The position numbers and the translations under genes were made by a program. From IMG/VR virus record IMGVR_UViG_3300049255_000219: DNA of 64,000 bases; one strand, given 5' to 3'. Below are positions 19,075 to 28,768 of the stretch, in pieces (position 1 is the first letter of the stretch; every line of letters starts with the position of its first letter). Under the pieces are notes generated by a model that saw only the letters and a list, made by a program, of their open reading frames with translations, searched no databases and was not told the origin of the DNA. The stretch is from an uncultured virus (IMG/VR IMGVR_UViG_3300049255_000219) (taxonomy: Duplodnaviria > Heunggongvirae > Uroviricota > Caudoviricetes).

Positions 19075-19455
19075 ATGCCCCGCTCTGCCCTAACTCCGTG
19101 CCGACATCCCGGCTGTGCCGCCGTGCTGGACACGCCGGGTTATTGCCAGGCGCATCGCGCAGATCGCCGTCAGTGGGACAACCCGGCACGCAAACGGCAA
19201 CGGCAGCAAAGCCGTGCCTTGCCGACCAACAGCGCGGCATGGCGGGCGCTACGGGCACAAGTGCTGTTTGATGAGCCGCTGTGCCGGGAATGCCAACGAC
19301 AAGGCGTGGTCACGCCGGCCTCGGTGGTCGATCACGTCGATGGCGACAGCCATAACAATGAACGATCCAATTTGGCTCCCACCTGTGCATCCTGCCATTC
19401 CCTCCTTACCGCAAAACACGATGGCGGCTTTGGCAATGCGCGGCGTGCGCGCTAA
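19075..19455 (+). CDS. Packaging-associated HNH endonuclease (HK97 gp74-like)
   Basis: PCRHPGC, PLCREC, VVDHVDGD...NLAPTCASCHS; lies upstream of terS. Confidence 0.92.
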   Translation: MPRSALTPCRHPGCAAVLDTPGYCQAHRADRRQWDNPARKRQRQQSRALPTNSAAWRALRAQVLFDEPLCRECQRQGVVTPASVVDHVDGDSHNNERSNLAPTCASCHSLLTAKHDGGFGNARRAR

Positions 19456-19579
19456 ATACGAACGTATTGTTGGTGCATGAGGGTCAGTGAGTGCTTGGCG
19501 GGAGGATCCGCTTTTCGGAGTTGCCTTGCGCGTTCAGCTTGCATGGAATATTCCTTCCGCTGGCAAATACCGGTCAGCA

Positions 19580-19790
19580 CAATCGTTCCCGCCTTCCCGG
19601 ATTCCCGCCGGGAACGACTCATGTCCGGGAACGATTGGAGCCAGCACCCATGCGGGTTTTCTGCGTTCCCGGCCATATCGTTCCCAACACCCTGCCGGGA
19701 AGGCGCAAACCCAGCATTGGCGCGGGTTCCCGGGTTCCCGGCGTTTGTCTCTAAAGAGAGAGGGGAGCATTGGGAATGCATCCCCTCATC
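19580..19790. repeat. Second origin-like element (TTCCC/GGGAA repeats plus palindromes)
   Basis: About 10 TTCCC(G)/(C)GGGAA copies; shares CCATGCGGGTTT with 14415-14426; TCTCT-aa-AGAGA palindrome, then GAGGGGAGCATT...AATGCATCCCCTC. Confidence 0.55.
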
Positions 19791-19999
19791 GATTCGATGG
19801 ATGTGGTTGGCGGCGCGGACACATACCACCCGTTTGTCGACGCTGTCAATTTGATATCACGCTCGTCACCAACTATCAGGTGCAGTGAGGTGGCAGGAGT
19901 TCGATATACCGATGAGTGTCGGGTAGGCGGCGTTGATTGCGCGATATTCGTCTGGCCGTGCCACTCAGCAAGGCGTTGACGACCGAAATCGCTCCCGCC

Positions 20000-20100
20000 G
20001 AGGGGGTGGGGGAGGTTCTCTTTTGTAGGATTTGCGATTCGCGGATGCGTGCGCCAAGTCAAATTTCTGCGCGTGCAAAATGAAAAACTTTTTTTACCGA
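20000..20100. other. Probable cos/packaging-site region
   Basis: G-run (gggggtgggggagg) followed by gcgtgcgccaagtcaaatttctgcgcgtgcaaaatgaaaaactttttt, between HNH and terS, the usual cos position in HK97-like phages. Confidence 0.5.
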
Positions 20101-20153
20101 AAATCCGGTATCAACCCAATACCGGCGCGGCTTTACCAATAGAAGATAACTCA

Positions 20154-20618
20154 ATGGCTGGACGCAAACCGCTGCCCACCGCCGTCAAGAAGATCAAGGG
20201 CACGCTGCAGAAGTGCCGCACCAATGCCGACGAACCCCAGCCGCGCGGACAACTCGGCGATCCGCCCGATTACATGTCGGACGCAGCCAAGGATGCCTGG
20301 AGGTATGCCGTCGGCCATTCTCCCAACGGCCTGCTCTCCGCCTTGGATGGCGCAGTGCTGGAGCGCTGGGCCAACTGCGCTGGCATGTACCGCGAAGCGC
20401 TGGCCAAGATCAACCGCGCAGGCGTATCCGCGATGCTGCACAAGACGCCAAGCGGGATTCTGCGTCGCTCGCCGTTGATGGATGTGATCCGCGACCTGGC
20501 GCAGGAAATGAAGGGGTATGAATCGGATATGGGGTTCACGCCGGCATCGCGCTCGCGTATCTCAATGCCAGCTGAAACAGGGAATGAGCGTGATCCGTGG
20601 GCGGATATCGCCGGATGA
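20154..20618 (+). CDS. terS: Terminase small subunit (P27 family)
   Basis: MAGRKPLPTAVKKIKG...MGFTPASRSRI. Confidence 0.92.
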   Translation: MAGRKPLPTAVKKIKGTLQKCRTNADEPQPRGQLGDPPDYMSDAAKDAWRYAVGHSPNGLLSALDGAVLERWANCAGMYREALAKINRAGVSAMLHKTPSGILRRSPLMDVIRDLAQEMKGYESDMGFTPASRSRISMPAETGNERDPWADIAG

Positions 20619-20623
20619 CGCTG

Positions 20624-20709
20624 TCAGGAATGCGTGCTGTTCAGGTATAGCATCAGCGTCAGGCGATGTGTGTCGATAGCGGCTCGGGCGCGCGGCACTG
20701 CAAACTTAT
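20624..20709 (-). pseudogene. Internally deleted GNAT (TacT-like) toxin remnant
   Basis: ATAA replaces the usual ATGA overlap with the DUF1778 stop. It reads (I)SLQCRAPEPLS, then in another frame THRLTLMLYL, resembling the two termini of a GNAT toxin. Confidence 0.6.
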
Positions 20710-20984
20710 CCCATATTGGCTTTAGTTTTCCATAATGCGCCGACCGCCATGAGGCGCTCGAGACCCAGATTGTGGGCGGGCGGCGCATCCAGTAGCTGGA
20801 TAAACTTGTGGAACTTGTCGGCATCCAGGTCAAAAAATACCTGGTCGATCACCACCGCCTGCGCCTTGTCGCAGGCGGCCTCGAGCATGAAGTCCGAACG
20901 GGTCTTGCCAAGCAATTGCGCGGCGCGGTCGATGATATCCCGCTGTTCGGCAAGAGCGCGCAGGTTGATGGTGACATCATGCAT
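20706..20984 (-). CDS. DUF1778 (TacA-like) RHH antitoxin
   Basis: INLRALAEQRDIIDRAAQLLGKTRSDFMLEAA...F..LLDAPP; GGAG RBS before ATG 20984. Confidence 0.9.
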   Translation of the reverse strand: MHDVTINLRALAEQRDIIDRAAQLLGKTRSDFMLEAACDKAQAVVIDQVFFDLDADKFHKFIQLLDAPPAHNLGLERLMAVGALWKTKANMG

Positions 20985-21070
20985 AAATTTCTCCCTTGCT
21001 GCATGCGCAATAACTATACTCATGCTGCATCGACGTAAAGCTGTTGTCATCACGCATGCAATGCAGATTA

Positions 21071-21481
21071 TCAGTGACTATTAACCCAGTTTTCGACGGT
21101 CAGCCCGGGATAGCTGGTGAAATCCGATTCGTTATTGGTCACCAGCCCGACCCCGAGAGCGATCGCATGTGCCGCGATCAATTTATCAAGCGCATCGCGT
21201 TTTCGTTCCCGGGTCGCAACACGAACCGGGCCGTAAGCTTTGGCCGCCGCTGCGTCAAATGGCGCCAAAGCGATGTCTTCTAGCAGGGACGTCAGCGCCA
21301 GCTGGTTTTTGACCTGATTATCGCCGGAACAGGCAACGCCGTACTCCAGTTCTGCCAGCGTGATGGCGGAAATCACGACTTCGCCAACATAACACTGCGC
21401 AAAACGCTCCGCGACTTCGGGCGGATGGTGCTTCATCAGGTAGATGCACATATTCGTGTCGAGCATGAATTTTGGCGTCAT
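21071..21481 (-). CDS. vapC: VapC PIN-domain toxin
   Basis: MLDTNMCI, ITLAELEYG, DKLIAAHA, LVTNN..DF. Confidence 0.95.
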   Translation of the reverse strand: MTPKFMLDTNMCIYLMKHHPPEVAERFAQCYVGEVVISAITLAELEYGVACSGDNQVKNQLALTSLLEDIALAPFDAAAAKAYGPVRVATRERKRDALDKLIAAHAIALGVGLVTNNESDFTSYPGLTVENWVNSH

Positions 21482-21714
21482 ACAGAATCCCGCTCCGCTT
21501 CCTCGTTATCACCGCGGCCCTGTTCCATGAATTCCGCAGAAAATTGGCTGAACTTGGACAACACGCGGTCCAGACGCCGACGCGCCGGACGGATCCGAAT
21601 TTCGTCGCCAATGCGCTCGATTTCCAGATCCAGGTCGGAACGCTCGTAAGCCAGTTCGGACGGGATTCGCACCGCCTGCGAATTGCCGTTTTTGAAAGCT
21701 TTGGTCATTGCCAT
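21478..21714 (-). CDS. vapB: VapB (AbrB-fold) antitoxin
   Basis: TKAFKNGNSQAVRIP; ATGA coupling to vapC. Confidence 0.93.
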   Translation of the reverse strand: MAMTKAFKNGNSQAVRIPSELAYERSDLDLEIERIGDEIRIRPARRRLDRVLSKFSQFSAEFMEQGRGDNEEAERDSV

Positions 21715-21739
21715 GGCTTAACTCCTTATGTGTGTACAC

Positions 21740-21785
21740 GTACATCCTAGTGCATATCGCACAAAAAGTAAATACATGGATGTAC
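21740..21785. promoter_or_regulatory. Inverted repeat, probable VapBC operator
   Basis: GTACATCC (21740-21747) ... GGATGTAC (21778-21785) between vapB and terL. Confidence 0.5.
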
Positions 21786-21807
21786 ACGAAACTATGGTCG
21801 ATATTGA

Positions 21808-23517
21808 ATGACGGCTGCATCCTATATTGTGCGCGCCCGTCAATATGCCGAAGCCGTGGTGGCGAAAGATATTCCGGCCTGCCGCTGGGTGCAGCTCGCG
21901 TGCCAAAGGCAGCTGGACGATCTGGCGCGCTTCAAAGGCAAAGGCAGTCCGTACCGCTTTAACCCGAAGCTGACGGATCGCACCGGCAAGACCTACGCTC
22001 CGGCGGACAACCTGTGCGCCTTCATCGAGCGGCTGCCGCATGTGAAGGGGCCGCTGGCCGGAACGGCGATCACGCTGGAGCCATGGCAGGTCTTCATCCT
22101 GTCTACCGTGTACGGCTGGGTCAAGCCGGACGGGACACGGCGTTTCCGCCGCGCCTATATTGAGGTACCACGCGGCAATGCCAAATCGACGCTGTCGTCG
22201 GCGGTTGCTCTGTACATGCTGGCGGCAGATGGCGAGGGCGGCGCCGAAGTGTATTCACTGGCCACCACGCGCGACCAGGCCCGCATTGTATTTGGCGATG
22301 CGCAGACGATGGCGCGCAAGTCCAGCGGCTTCCGGTCGCGCTTTGGCGTTGCCGTCGGCGCGCACAACATGCACGTTCTGGCGACCGGTTCCAAATTCGA
22401 GGCGCTGTCTGCTGAAGGCTCGACCCTGGATGGATTGAACATCCACTTCGGCTGCGTCGACGAACTGCACGCCCACAAGACCCGCACCGTCTATGACGTG
22501 GTCGAAACCGGTACCGGCAAGCGTGACAATTCGCTGCTGTGGGTGATCACCACCGCTGGCAGCAATCGCGCCGGCATCTGTTACGAGGTCCGCACCTTCG
22601 TGACGAAGCTGCTGGACCGCGTGTTTGAGGATGACAGCCAGTTCGGCATCATTTTTGGGCTGGATGACGGCGACGACTGGGCCAGCGAAGCAGCATTGAT
22701 AAAAGCCAATCCGAACTGGGGTATCTCGGTGCGGGCAGAAATCCTGCTGCCGCTGCAGGCCAAGGCGATGCAACTACCCAGCGCGGTCAACAACTTCAAG
22801 ACCAAGCACCTGAACGAATGGGTCAATGCCGATACCGCTTGGATGGACATGCGCGCCTGGGATCGCTGCGCTGATCCTGCACTGAATCTGGAAACATTCG
22901 CAGGGCAACCGTGCTGGATCGGGCTGGATCTTGCGAGCAAGACCGACATCGCAGCGCTGCTCATGGTGTTTGTTCATCCGGAGATCGTAGGTGGCTTTGC
23001 CGTCTTTGGACGCTATTACCTGCCTGAAGACACTGTGATGGCGACCGGCAACAGCCAGTACCCCGGCTGGATGCGCACCGGACGTCTGACCGTTACCCCC
23101 GGCAATGTGATCGACTTCGGCTGGATTGAGGCAGATCTGATTGATGCGGTGTCGCGTTTCGCCATCCAGGCTGTGGCGTTCGATCCGTTTCAGGCTACGC
23201 AATTGTCGACGCGCATGATCGCCGAGGGCTTGCCGATGATCGAGGTACGTCCCACCGTGCTCAATTTTTCGGAGCCGATGAAGACGCTCGAAGCGCTGGT
23301 ATTGCAAAGGAAACTGATCCATGACGGCGATCCAGTGCTGGCCTGGATGGTTTCCAACGTGGTCGCCCATCTGGACGCAAAAGACAACATCTATCCGCGC
23401 AAGGAACGTCCCGAAAACAAGATCGACGGCATTGTCGCCCTGATCATGGCGCTTGCCCGCGCCAACCTGCCGGGCGCTGTCATGGAATCGATCTATGACC
23501 AGGGCGTCGGCATCTAG
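21808..23517 (+). CDS. terL: Terminase large subunit
   Basis: LEPWQ, VPRGNAKS, DELHA, ITTAG, GLDLASKTD, KIDGIVA. Confidence 0.97.
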   Translation: MTAASYIVRARQYAEAVVAKDIPACRWVQLACQRQLDDLARFKGKGSPYRFNPKLTDRTGKTYAPADNLCAFIERLPHVKGPLAGTAITLEPWQVFILSTVYGWVKPDGTRRFRRAYIEVPRGNAKSTLSSAVALYMLAADGEGGAEVYSLATTRDQARIVFGDAQTMARKSSGFRSRFGVAVGAHNMHVLATGSKFEALSAEGSTLDGLNIHFGCVDELHAHKTRTVYDVVETGTGKRDNSLLWVITTAGSNRAGICYEVRTFVTKLLDRVFEDDSQFGIIFGLDDGDDWASEAALIKANPNWGISVRAEILLPLQAKAMQLPSAVNNFKTKHLNEWVNADTAWMDMRAWDRCADPALNLETFAGQPCWIGLDLASKTDIAALLMVFVHPEIVGGFAVFGRYYLPEDTVMATGNSQYPGWMRTGRLTVTPGNVIDFGWIEADLIDAVSRFAIQAVAFDPFQATQLSTRMIAEGLPMIEVRPTVLNFSEPMKTLEALVLQRKLIHDGDPVLAWMVSNVVAHLDAKDNIYPRKERPENKIDGIVALIMALARANLPGAVMESIYDQGVGI

Positions 23518-23547
23518 GCGCACTTTCGCACCCGTTTCATTTTTTTC

Positions 23548-23582
23548 AGCCCGTCCAGGCATTGCCTGGTGCGGGCTTTTTC
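23548..23582 (+). terminator. Intrinsic terminator after terL
   Basis: AGCCCG.CCAGGCA.TGCCTGG..CGGGCT followed by a T run. Confidence 0.65.
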
Positions 23583-23608
23583 AACTGCACTGCCAAAGAG
23601 GATCAAGC

Positions 23609-23929
23609 ATGAATGTAATTCTGAACATCACCACCAGCCCGCTCGCCCTGCCAACCGGCATCACCGCCGGTCAACTGAGTCTGTCGATCACCGACCCTGC
23701 GGGCAAGCCGGTCAACGACGCCGCCGGAAATCCGATTCCTGCTCAAGTGGGTACCGATACGCAAGCAACATTTGCCAATGTTCCTGCTGGCGACTATCTG
23801 GCCAACGCGGTTCGTCTGGATACCACCGGCACGGCAATCGGCACTGCCATTACGCAGTCCTTCACGGTACCGCATCCGTCCGTCGCGACCTACGACGCGC
23901 CACAGTCGATCACCGTCACGCTGGCGTAA
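23609..23929 (+). CDS. Small beta-rich (Ig/FN3-like) protein
   Basis: GAGGA RBS; ATFANVPAGDYLANAVRLD resembles an Ig-like fold. Confidence 0.7.
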   Translation: MNVILNITTSPLALPTGITAGQLSLSITDPAGKPVNDAAGNPIPAQVGTDTQATFANVPAGDYLANAVRLDTTGTAIGTAITQSFTVPHPSVATYDAPQSITVTLA

Positions 23930-23964
23930 TTGTGTTCCGCCTGCCTGGCGCCTGGAGTGAAATC

Positions 23965-24063
23965 ATGAGCAAGTTCAAGTACACCGTGCTGCGCTGGCTT
24001 CACAGGCTGCCCGGCAGGCGGATTATCCAGGTACCGACGTCGATCGCAGCAACAGTCGAATGA
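23965..24063 (+). CDS. 32-aa peptide
   Basis: GGAG RBS; MSKFKYTVLRWLHRLPGRRIIQVPTSIAATVE; ATGA coupling to the next gene. Confidence 0.45.
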   Translation: MSKFKYTVLRWLHRLPGRRIIQVPTSIAATVE

Positions 24064-24278
24064 GTCCCGACCAAAAGCTGGCCACATGGGTCAATGCGCA
24101 TCTCGATCTCATTGCATTTCTGGTCGGATTGACTGGCTTTGCGTTGTTCGTCGCCGGTATCGGTTTCATCTACTGGCCTGCGGCATTGATTGTCGCGGGT
24201 GCGGGACTGCTCATGTGGTCGTTCATGGCCGCACGGGCGGTCGCTGCGCGTAGCGCCAGAAAGATGCAGGATCACTGA
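24060..24278 (+). CDS. Small two-TM membrane protein upstream of portal
   Basis: Two hydrophobic segments around IYWPAALI; usual position in HK97-like phages. Confidence 0.75.
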   Translation: MSPDQKLATWVNAHLDLIAFLVGLTGFALFVAGIGFIYWPAALIVAGAGLLMWSFMAARAVAARSARKMQDH

Positions 24279-25579
24279 TGTTCTTTTCCGACATCGTATT
24301 TGCCGGCAACGGCAACGTCACGCAGCAAGGCAGTGGCGGCTGGCTGGGTTCCGCTCTTGGCGGCTGGGGCATCCGCGCCGATTCCGGCGCGGTAGTGACG
24401 CCGCAGACTGCGCTTGCGCTCACCGCCGTGCAGCGCGCCGTGACGATCCTGGCCGAAGCGGTGGCGCAACTACCAGTGAATTTTTACCAGACCACGCCGG
24501 ACGATGGCCGCACGATCGTCAGGGATCATCCCGCCTATGCGCTGTTGCGCGTGGCACCGAACGCGTTCCAGACACCATTCCAGTTCAACGAATTCAAGCA
24601 GCTGTCGCTGGGGCTGCGCGGCAATGCCTTCGCACTGAAATTCTACGATCGCAGCGGCCGGGTCAACAGCCTTTATCCGCTCAACGCCGACCGCGTGCAG
24701 GTGATGGTGAGCCCGGTCGACCGCATGCCGTATTACCGCATCCTGCGCGCACCGGACGGCATCGAGGGACTGTTCCCCTTGCGCGACATCCACCATGTGC
24801 GCTGGATTTCGGACAATGCCTATACCGGCCTCTCGCCGGTGTCGCTGCATCGCGACGCCATCGGCGTGGCACTGAGCACCGAGCGCCATACCGGCAAGAT
24901 GTTCGGCAACGGCACGCACCTGTCGGGCGTGATCACGCGGCCGGCCAGCGCACCGGCCATCAAGGATCCCGCTGGTATCGAGCGGATCACCACTGAATGG
25001 GCCGCGAAATACGCCGGGACCGACAACGCAGGCCGGGTCGCGCTGCTGCAGGAAGGCATGGATTTCAAGCCGCTCTCGATGAGCAACGAGGATGCGCAGC
25101 TGATCGCCGCACGCCAGTACGGCGTGCGCGATATTGCCCGCATCTATGGCATCCCGGCGCACATGCTGGGTGACCTCGACCGGGCGACGCACTCGAATAT
25201 CGAGCAACAGTCGCTGGAATTCGTGATCTACACGCTGATGCCGTGGCTGAAACGCCACGAGGAAGCGATGGAGCGGGACTTCCTGTCTGACGAAGAGCGG
25301 CTGGCGGGGATGATCATCCAGTTCAGCGTCGCCGGCCTGTTGCGCGGCGACATCACGTCGCGCTACGCAGCCTATGCCCAGGCACGCCAGTGGGGTTGGA
25401 TGTCGATCAACGACATTCGCCGCATGGAGAACCTGCCGCCGGTTGCCGGCGGCGATATTTACCTGCAGCCGCTGAACATGGCCGACGCGCGGATGCCGCA
25501 GCCTGGCAATCAACTTGCCGGTCAACCGGCGCGGGCCACCGACAAACAGATTGCCGCCATTGAGGCCATGCTCTCATGA
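24278..25579 (+). CDS. HK97-family portal protein
   Basis: GNAFA, GLSPV, DIARIYGIP, SNIEQQ, INDIRRMENLPP. Confidence 0.96.
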   Translation: MFFSDIVFAGNGNVTQQGSGGWLGSALGGWGIRADSGAVVTPQTALALTAVQRAVTILAEAVAQLPVNFYQTTPDDGRTIVRDHPAYALLRVAPNAFQTPFQFNEFKQLSLGLRGNAFALKFYDRSGRVNSLYPLNADRVQVMVSPVDRMPYYRILRAPDGIEGLFPLRDIHHVRWISDNAYTGLSPVSLHRDAIGVALSTERHTGKMFGNGTHLSGVITRPASAPAIKDPAGIERITTEWAAKYAGTDNAGRVALLQEGMDFKPLSMSNEDAQLIAARQYGVRDIARIYGIPAHMLGDLDRATHSNIEQQSLEFVIYTLMPWLKRHEEAMERDFLSDEERLAGMIIQFSVAGLLRGDITSRYAAYAQARQWGWMSINDIRRMENLPPVAGGDIYLQPLNMADARMPQPGNQLAGQPARATDKQIAAIEAMLS

Positions 25580-26547
25580 ATCGCATTTATTCCCCTATGT
25601 ACCCGCATCTTCTCTCCCAGATTTTTAACCGGGCGCACATGATGACGCCCGAACTGATGGCACTGGCCGTCGAACTGGCACGGTCGCACCTGCTTCCCGA
25701 CGCTTCGGCGTCGATGTTGCCGCGGACCGCCATGCAGGGCGCCGGCCCCGATGATGAAGACGATGATGGTGAAGACGACGATACCGCTTCCGGCATCGCG
25801 ATGATATCGATTGCCGGACCGCTGGTGCCGCGCACCGGCAACCTGAAGCTGTGCCAGCAAATGACTGCCTATGAATCGGTTGCCGCGCAGGTCAATGCAG
25901 CGCTGGCCGATCCGGACGTTGCCCACATCGTGTTCGACATCGACAGCCCGGGCGGCGCCGCGACCGGAGCGTTTGAACTGGCCGACCAGATCCGCGCCGC
26001 TGGCCAGATCAAGCCGACCACCGCGATCGTTCATTTCAGTGCGATGAGCGGCGCCTACCTGCTCGCTGCCGCCTGCAACGACATCAGTGTCAGCCAGTCC
26101 AGCGGCGTCGGCTCGATCGGCGTGATCGCGCAGCACATGGATGTCTCGAAAATGAACGAGGCGATGGGTATCAAGATCACTGCCGTTTATTGCGGCGACA
26201 TGAAGAACAACCTCACACCCAACGAACCGCTCACCGACGCTTCGCTGCAGCAGTTGACCGAGATGGTGAACAGAAGCTACCAGCAATTCACGGGTGCCGT
26301 CGCGCAGTTTCGCGCCATACCCCAGCAACAGGTGATCGACACGCAAGCTGCACTCTACTTCGGACAGGACGCGCTCGATGCCGGCCTTGCCGACCGACTG
26401 GAGACTCCGCAAGAGGCGATTGATCGGATCGCGTCAGGCATCGTTGACGCCAGAGCGGTGCAAACCCAGCAGGCTTTCCGCATGCAGATGCAGCGCCAGG
26501 CGCTACACCTCAGAGCAAGCGCCATGAATCTGCGCGTTCACATGTAG
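25576..26547 (+). CDS. S49 (SppA-like) prohead protease
   Basis: DIDSPGG, AMSGAYLLA, VGSIGV. Confidence 0.93.
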   Translation: MNRIYSPMYPHLLSQIFNRAHMMTPELMALAVELARSHLLPDASASMLPRTAMQGAGPDDEDDDGEDDDTASGIAMISIAGPLVPRTGNLKLCQQMTAYESVAAQVNAALADPDVAHIVFDIDSPGGAATGAFELADQIRAAGQIKPTTAIVHFSAMSGAYLLAAACNDISVSQSSGVGSIGVIAQHMDVSKMNEAMGIKITAVYCGDMKNNLTPNEPLTDASLQQLTEMVNRSYQQFTGAVAQFRAIPQQQVIDTQAALYFGQDALDAGLADRLETPQEAIDRIASGIVDARAVQTQQAFRMQMQRQALHLRASAMNLRVHM

Positions 26548-26638
26548 TCCGCTGTCCTGAAAGCCGTCAGTTCGACCGATCTAACGGCTTTCATTTACCA
26601 GATTTCGCCATGACCGCGTTCGCGTGTCAGGCATTCCC

Positions 26639-26678
26639 AACCCGCTATGGCGCAAGCCCAGGCGGGTTTTTTATTTTT
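26639..26678 (+). terminator. Intrinsic terminator before the capsid gene
   Basis: AACCCGC...GCGGGTT followed by TTTTATTTTT. Confidence 0.6.
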
Positions 26679-26690
26679 AACGGAGTCCCG

Positions 26691-28091
26691 ATGAGTATCC
26701 AGAAACTGAAACGCGAACGCACCCAATTGAACACCCGAGTGCAGGAGCTTGCCGTCCAGGCGCAAACCACCCTGCTGTCCGAGGCGGAAACCGCTGAATT
26801 TGCCGACCTGGAGGCACGTTTCACCGTGCTTTCCGCGCAGATCGATACCCTTGATCGCGCAGAGCGCATCGCCATGGCATCGGCCGTCCCGGTCGATAGC
26901 GTGGAAACCGGCAAACAGGCGCAGGCCGAAGCTATGGCACTGGCCGCTGGCCTGGCGGCGCCAACAGATTATGGCCAGACCTATGCGCGACCAAAGGACC
27001 ACGCTGCGCAGGCCACTCATAACATGAGCGTATTCTCGGGAATCGTCGCTGCGCTCAAGCATTCGCCAGGTAATCTGGTGGCCGGCGCCGAGTTTGCCAA
27101 AAAGACCATGCGCGCCAACGGCGTCGGTGACGGCGTCGCCATGGCGCTGTCTTCCGTGAATGCCTCCGGCGGCGCGGTGCTGATCCCGTCCGTGCTGGCG
27201 CAAACCGTGATCGAGCGTCTGATCCCCAACGCCGTGGTGCGCGGCATGGGGCCACTGTCGTTGCCTCTGAATAACGGCAACCTGACCATCCCGCGCCTGG
27301 CTGGCGGCGCAATTGCTGGCTATATTGGACGCGACAATGACGCGCCGGTATCGCAGCAAAGCTTCGACGACGTGCAACTGGTGGCCAAGAAACTGGCTTG
27401 CCTCGTGCCGATCGGCAATGACCTGATCCGTTTCGCCGGCATCGATACCCGTGTCGATACGCTGATCGTGGAGGATACGGCGTTTTCCATGGCCAACGCC
27501 GAGGACGTCGCCTTCATTCGCGGCGACGGCACCAACAGCACGCCGAAGGGTTTACGCACCTGGTGTCTGCCACAAAACGTCCTGAAGGCAACACCCACGA
27601 CCGGACTTGCCGCTTCCGATCTCGTGCAAGCCATCATGCATGATGCCGGTCGTTGCGTTTTGGCGCTGCGCCGCGCAAATATTCGCTTGCGCAAGCCGGG
27701 TTGGCTGATGCATCCCGACTCCGTGCAGTTCCTTGCAGATTTGCTGACCACAACCGGCAACAAGGTGTTTCCGGAAGTCGCCGACGGCATGTTCCGTGGC
27801 TTCCCGATCGGCATGACCACCGAGATCCCGACCAACCTGTCCTCGTCCGGTGCAGTCGGCAACGGAAGCGAAATCTATTTTGTCGACTTCGCCGAAATGG
27901 TGATCGGCGAATCGATGAACATGTCGGTCGCGATATCGATGGATGCTGCGTACACGGATCCCGCGACCGGCAATACCGTCTCCGCCTTCCAGCGCGACCT
28001 CACCTTGATCCGCATCATCACCGAGAACGATTTCGGGCCGCGCCATGCGGAAGCGATCGCGATTTTGGACGGGGTCTCGTGGTACCGCTAG
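26691..28091 (+). CDS. HK97-fold major capsid protein
   Basis: N-terminal coiled-coil delta domain; GGAVLIP, AFIRGDG...PKG, WLMHP; GGAG RBS before ATG 26691. Confidence 0.95.
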   Translation: MSIQKLKRERTQLNTRVQELAVQAQTTLLSEAETAEFADLEARFTVLSAQIDTLDRAERIAMASAVPVDSVETGKQAQAEAMALAAGLAAPTDYGQTYARPKDHAAQATHNMSVFSGIVAALKHSPGNLVAGAEFAKKTMRANGVGDGVAMALSSVNASGGAVLIPSVLAQTVIERLIPNAVVRGMGPLSLPLNNGNLTIPRLAGGAIAGYIGRDNDAPVSQQSFDDVQLVAKKLACLVPIGNDLIRFAGIDTRVDTLIVEDTAFSMANAEDVAFIRGDGTNSTPKGLRTWCLPQNVLKATPTTGLAASDLVQAIMHDAGRCVLALRRANIRLRKPGWLMHPDSVQFLADLLTTTGNKVFPEVADGMFRGFPIGMTTEIPTNLSSSGAVGNGSEIYFVDFAEMVIGESMNMSVAISMDAAYTDPATGNTVSAFQRDLTLIRIITENDFGPRHAEAIAILDGVSWYR

Positions 28092-28204
28092 AGGTCCCGC
28101 CAAACACCCTTTGTCTTAAATATGTGATGTAGGTCTCCCTCGGATAACTGGTCGGGTGGCCGCTAGCTGCTACCCGATCAAATAATCGCCTTCGACTACC
28201 TTTC

Positions 28205-28768
28205 ATGCAAGAAATCCTTTCCAGGACGGGTGCCAAGTGCATCGGCGCGACCCGGTATTTCACCGGAAAGCCATGTCGCAGAGGCCACATTTGCGAGCGA
28301 TTCACGATGAATGCTGGCTGCTGCGAATGCCACAAGATCCACAGGGCCACCCATTATCGCAACAACCAGGAAAACATCCTGAGACGAAACGCCGAATATG
28401 CGAAACGAAGACCCGAGGTAGGCAGCACCAAAGCCGCTCGTTATCGGGCGAAGCATCCAGAAAGAGTCAAAGAAACGAAGCGAAAAAGCGCCGGCATCAT
28501 CAACGCCAATACCGCGAAGCGCAGGGCCATGAAGCACAAGGCGACCCCACCTTGGTCAGATCTGGACGCAATCAAAGAAATCTATGCGCGTGCGAAGAGA
28601 ACCGGCATGCATGTCGATCACCTTATTCCGCTGTGCGGACGATTGGTTTGCGGCTTGCATGTACCAGAGAATCTTCAATTGCTCGCACCGGTGGAAAATT
28701 TCAGGAAGAGCAATAAATTCAACCCAGACGAACACGAGGCCAGACCAATGAATTCGCAGTGCGGTTGA
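28205..28768 (+). CDS. Free-standing HNH homing endonuclease
   Basis: RYFTGKPCRRGH...CCEC; HVDHLIPL...GLHVPENLQLL...N..KSNKF; A-rich composition differs from flanking genes. Confidence 0.9.
   Translation: MQEILSRTGAKCIGATRYFTGKPCRRGHICERFTMNAGCCECHKIHRATHYRNNQENILRRNAEYAKRRPEVGSTKAARYRAKHPERVKETKRKSAGIINANTAKRRAMKHKATPPWSDLDAIKEIYARAKRTGMHVDHLIPLCGRLVCGLHVPENLQLLAPVENFRKSNKFNPDEHEARPMNSQCG

Noticed and set aside
19452..20062. Several 70-130 aa ORFs between HNH and terS
   Set aside because: Overlapping in many frames, no RBS or recognisable motifs; better explained as repeat-rich non-coding DNA.
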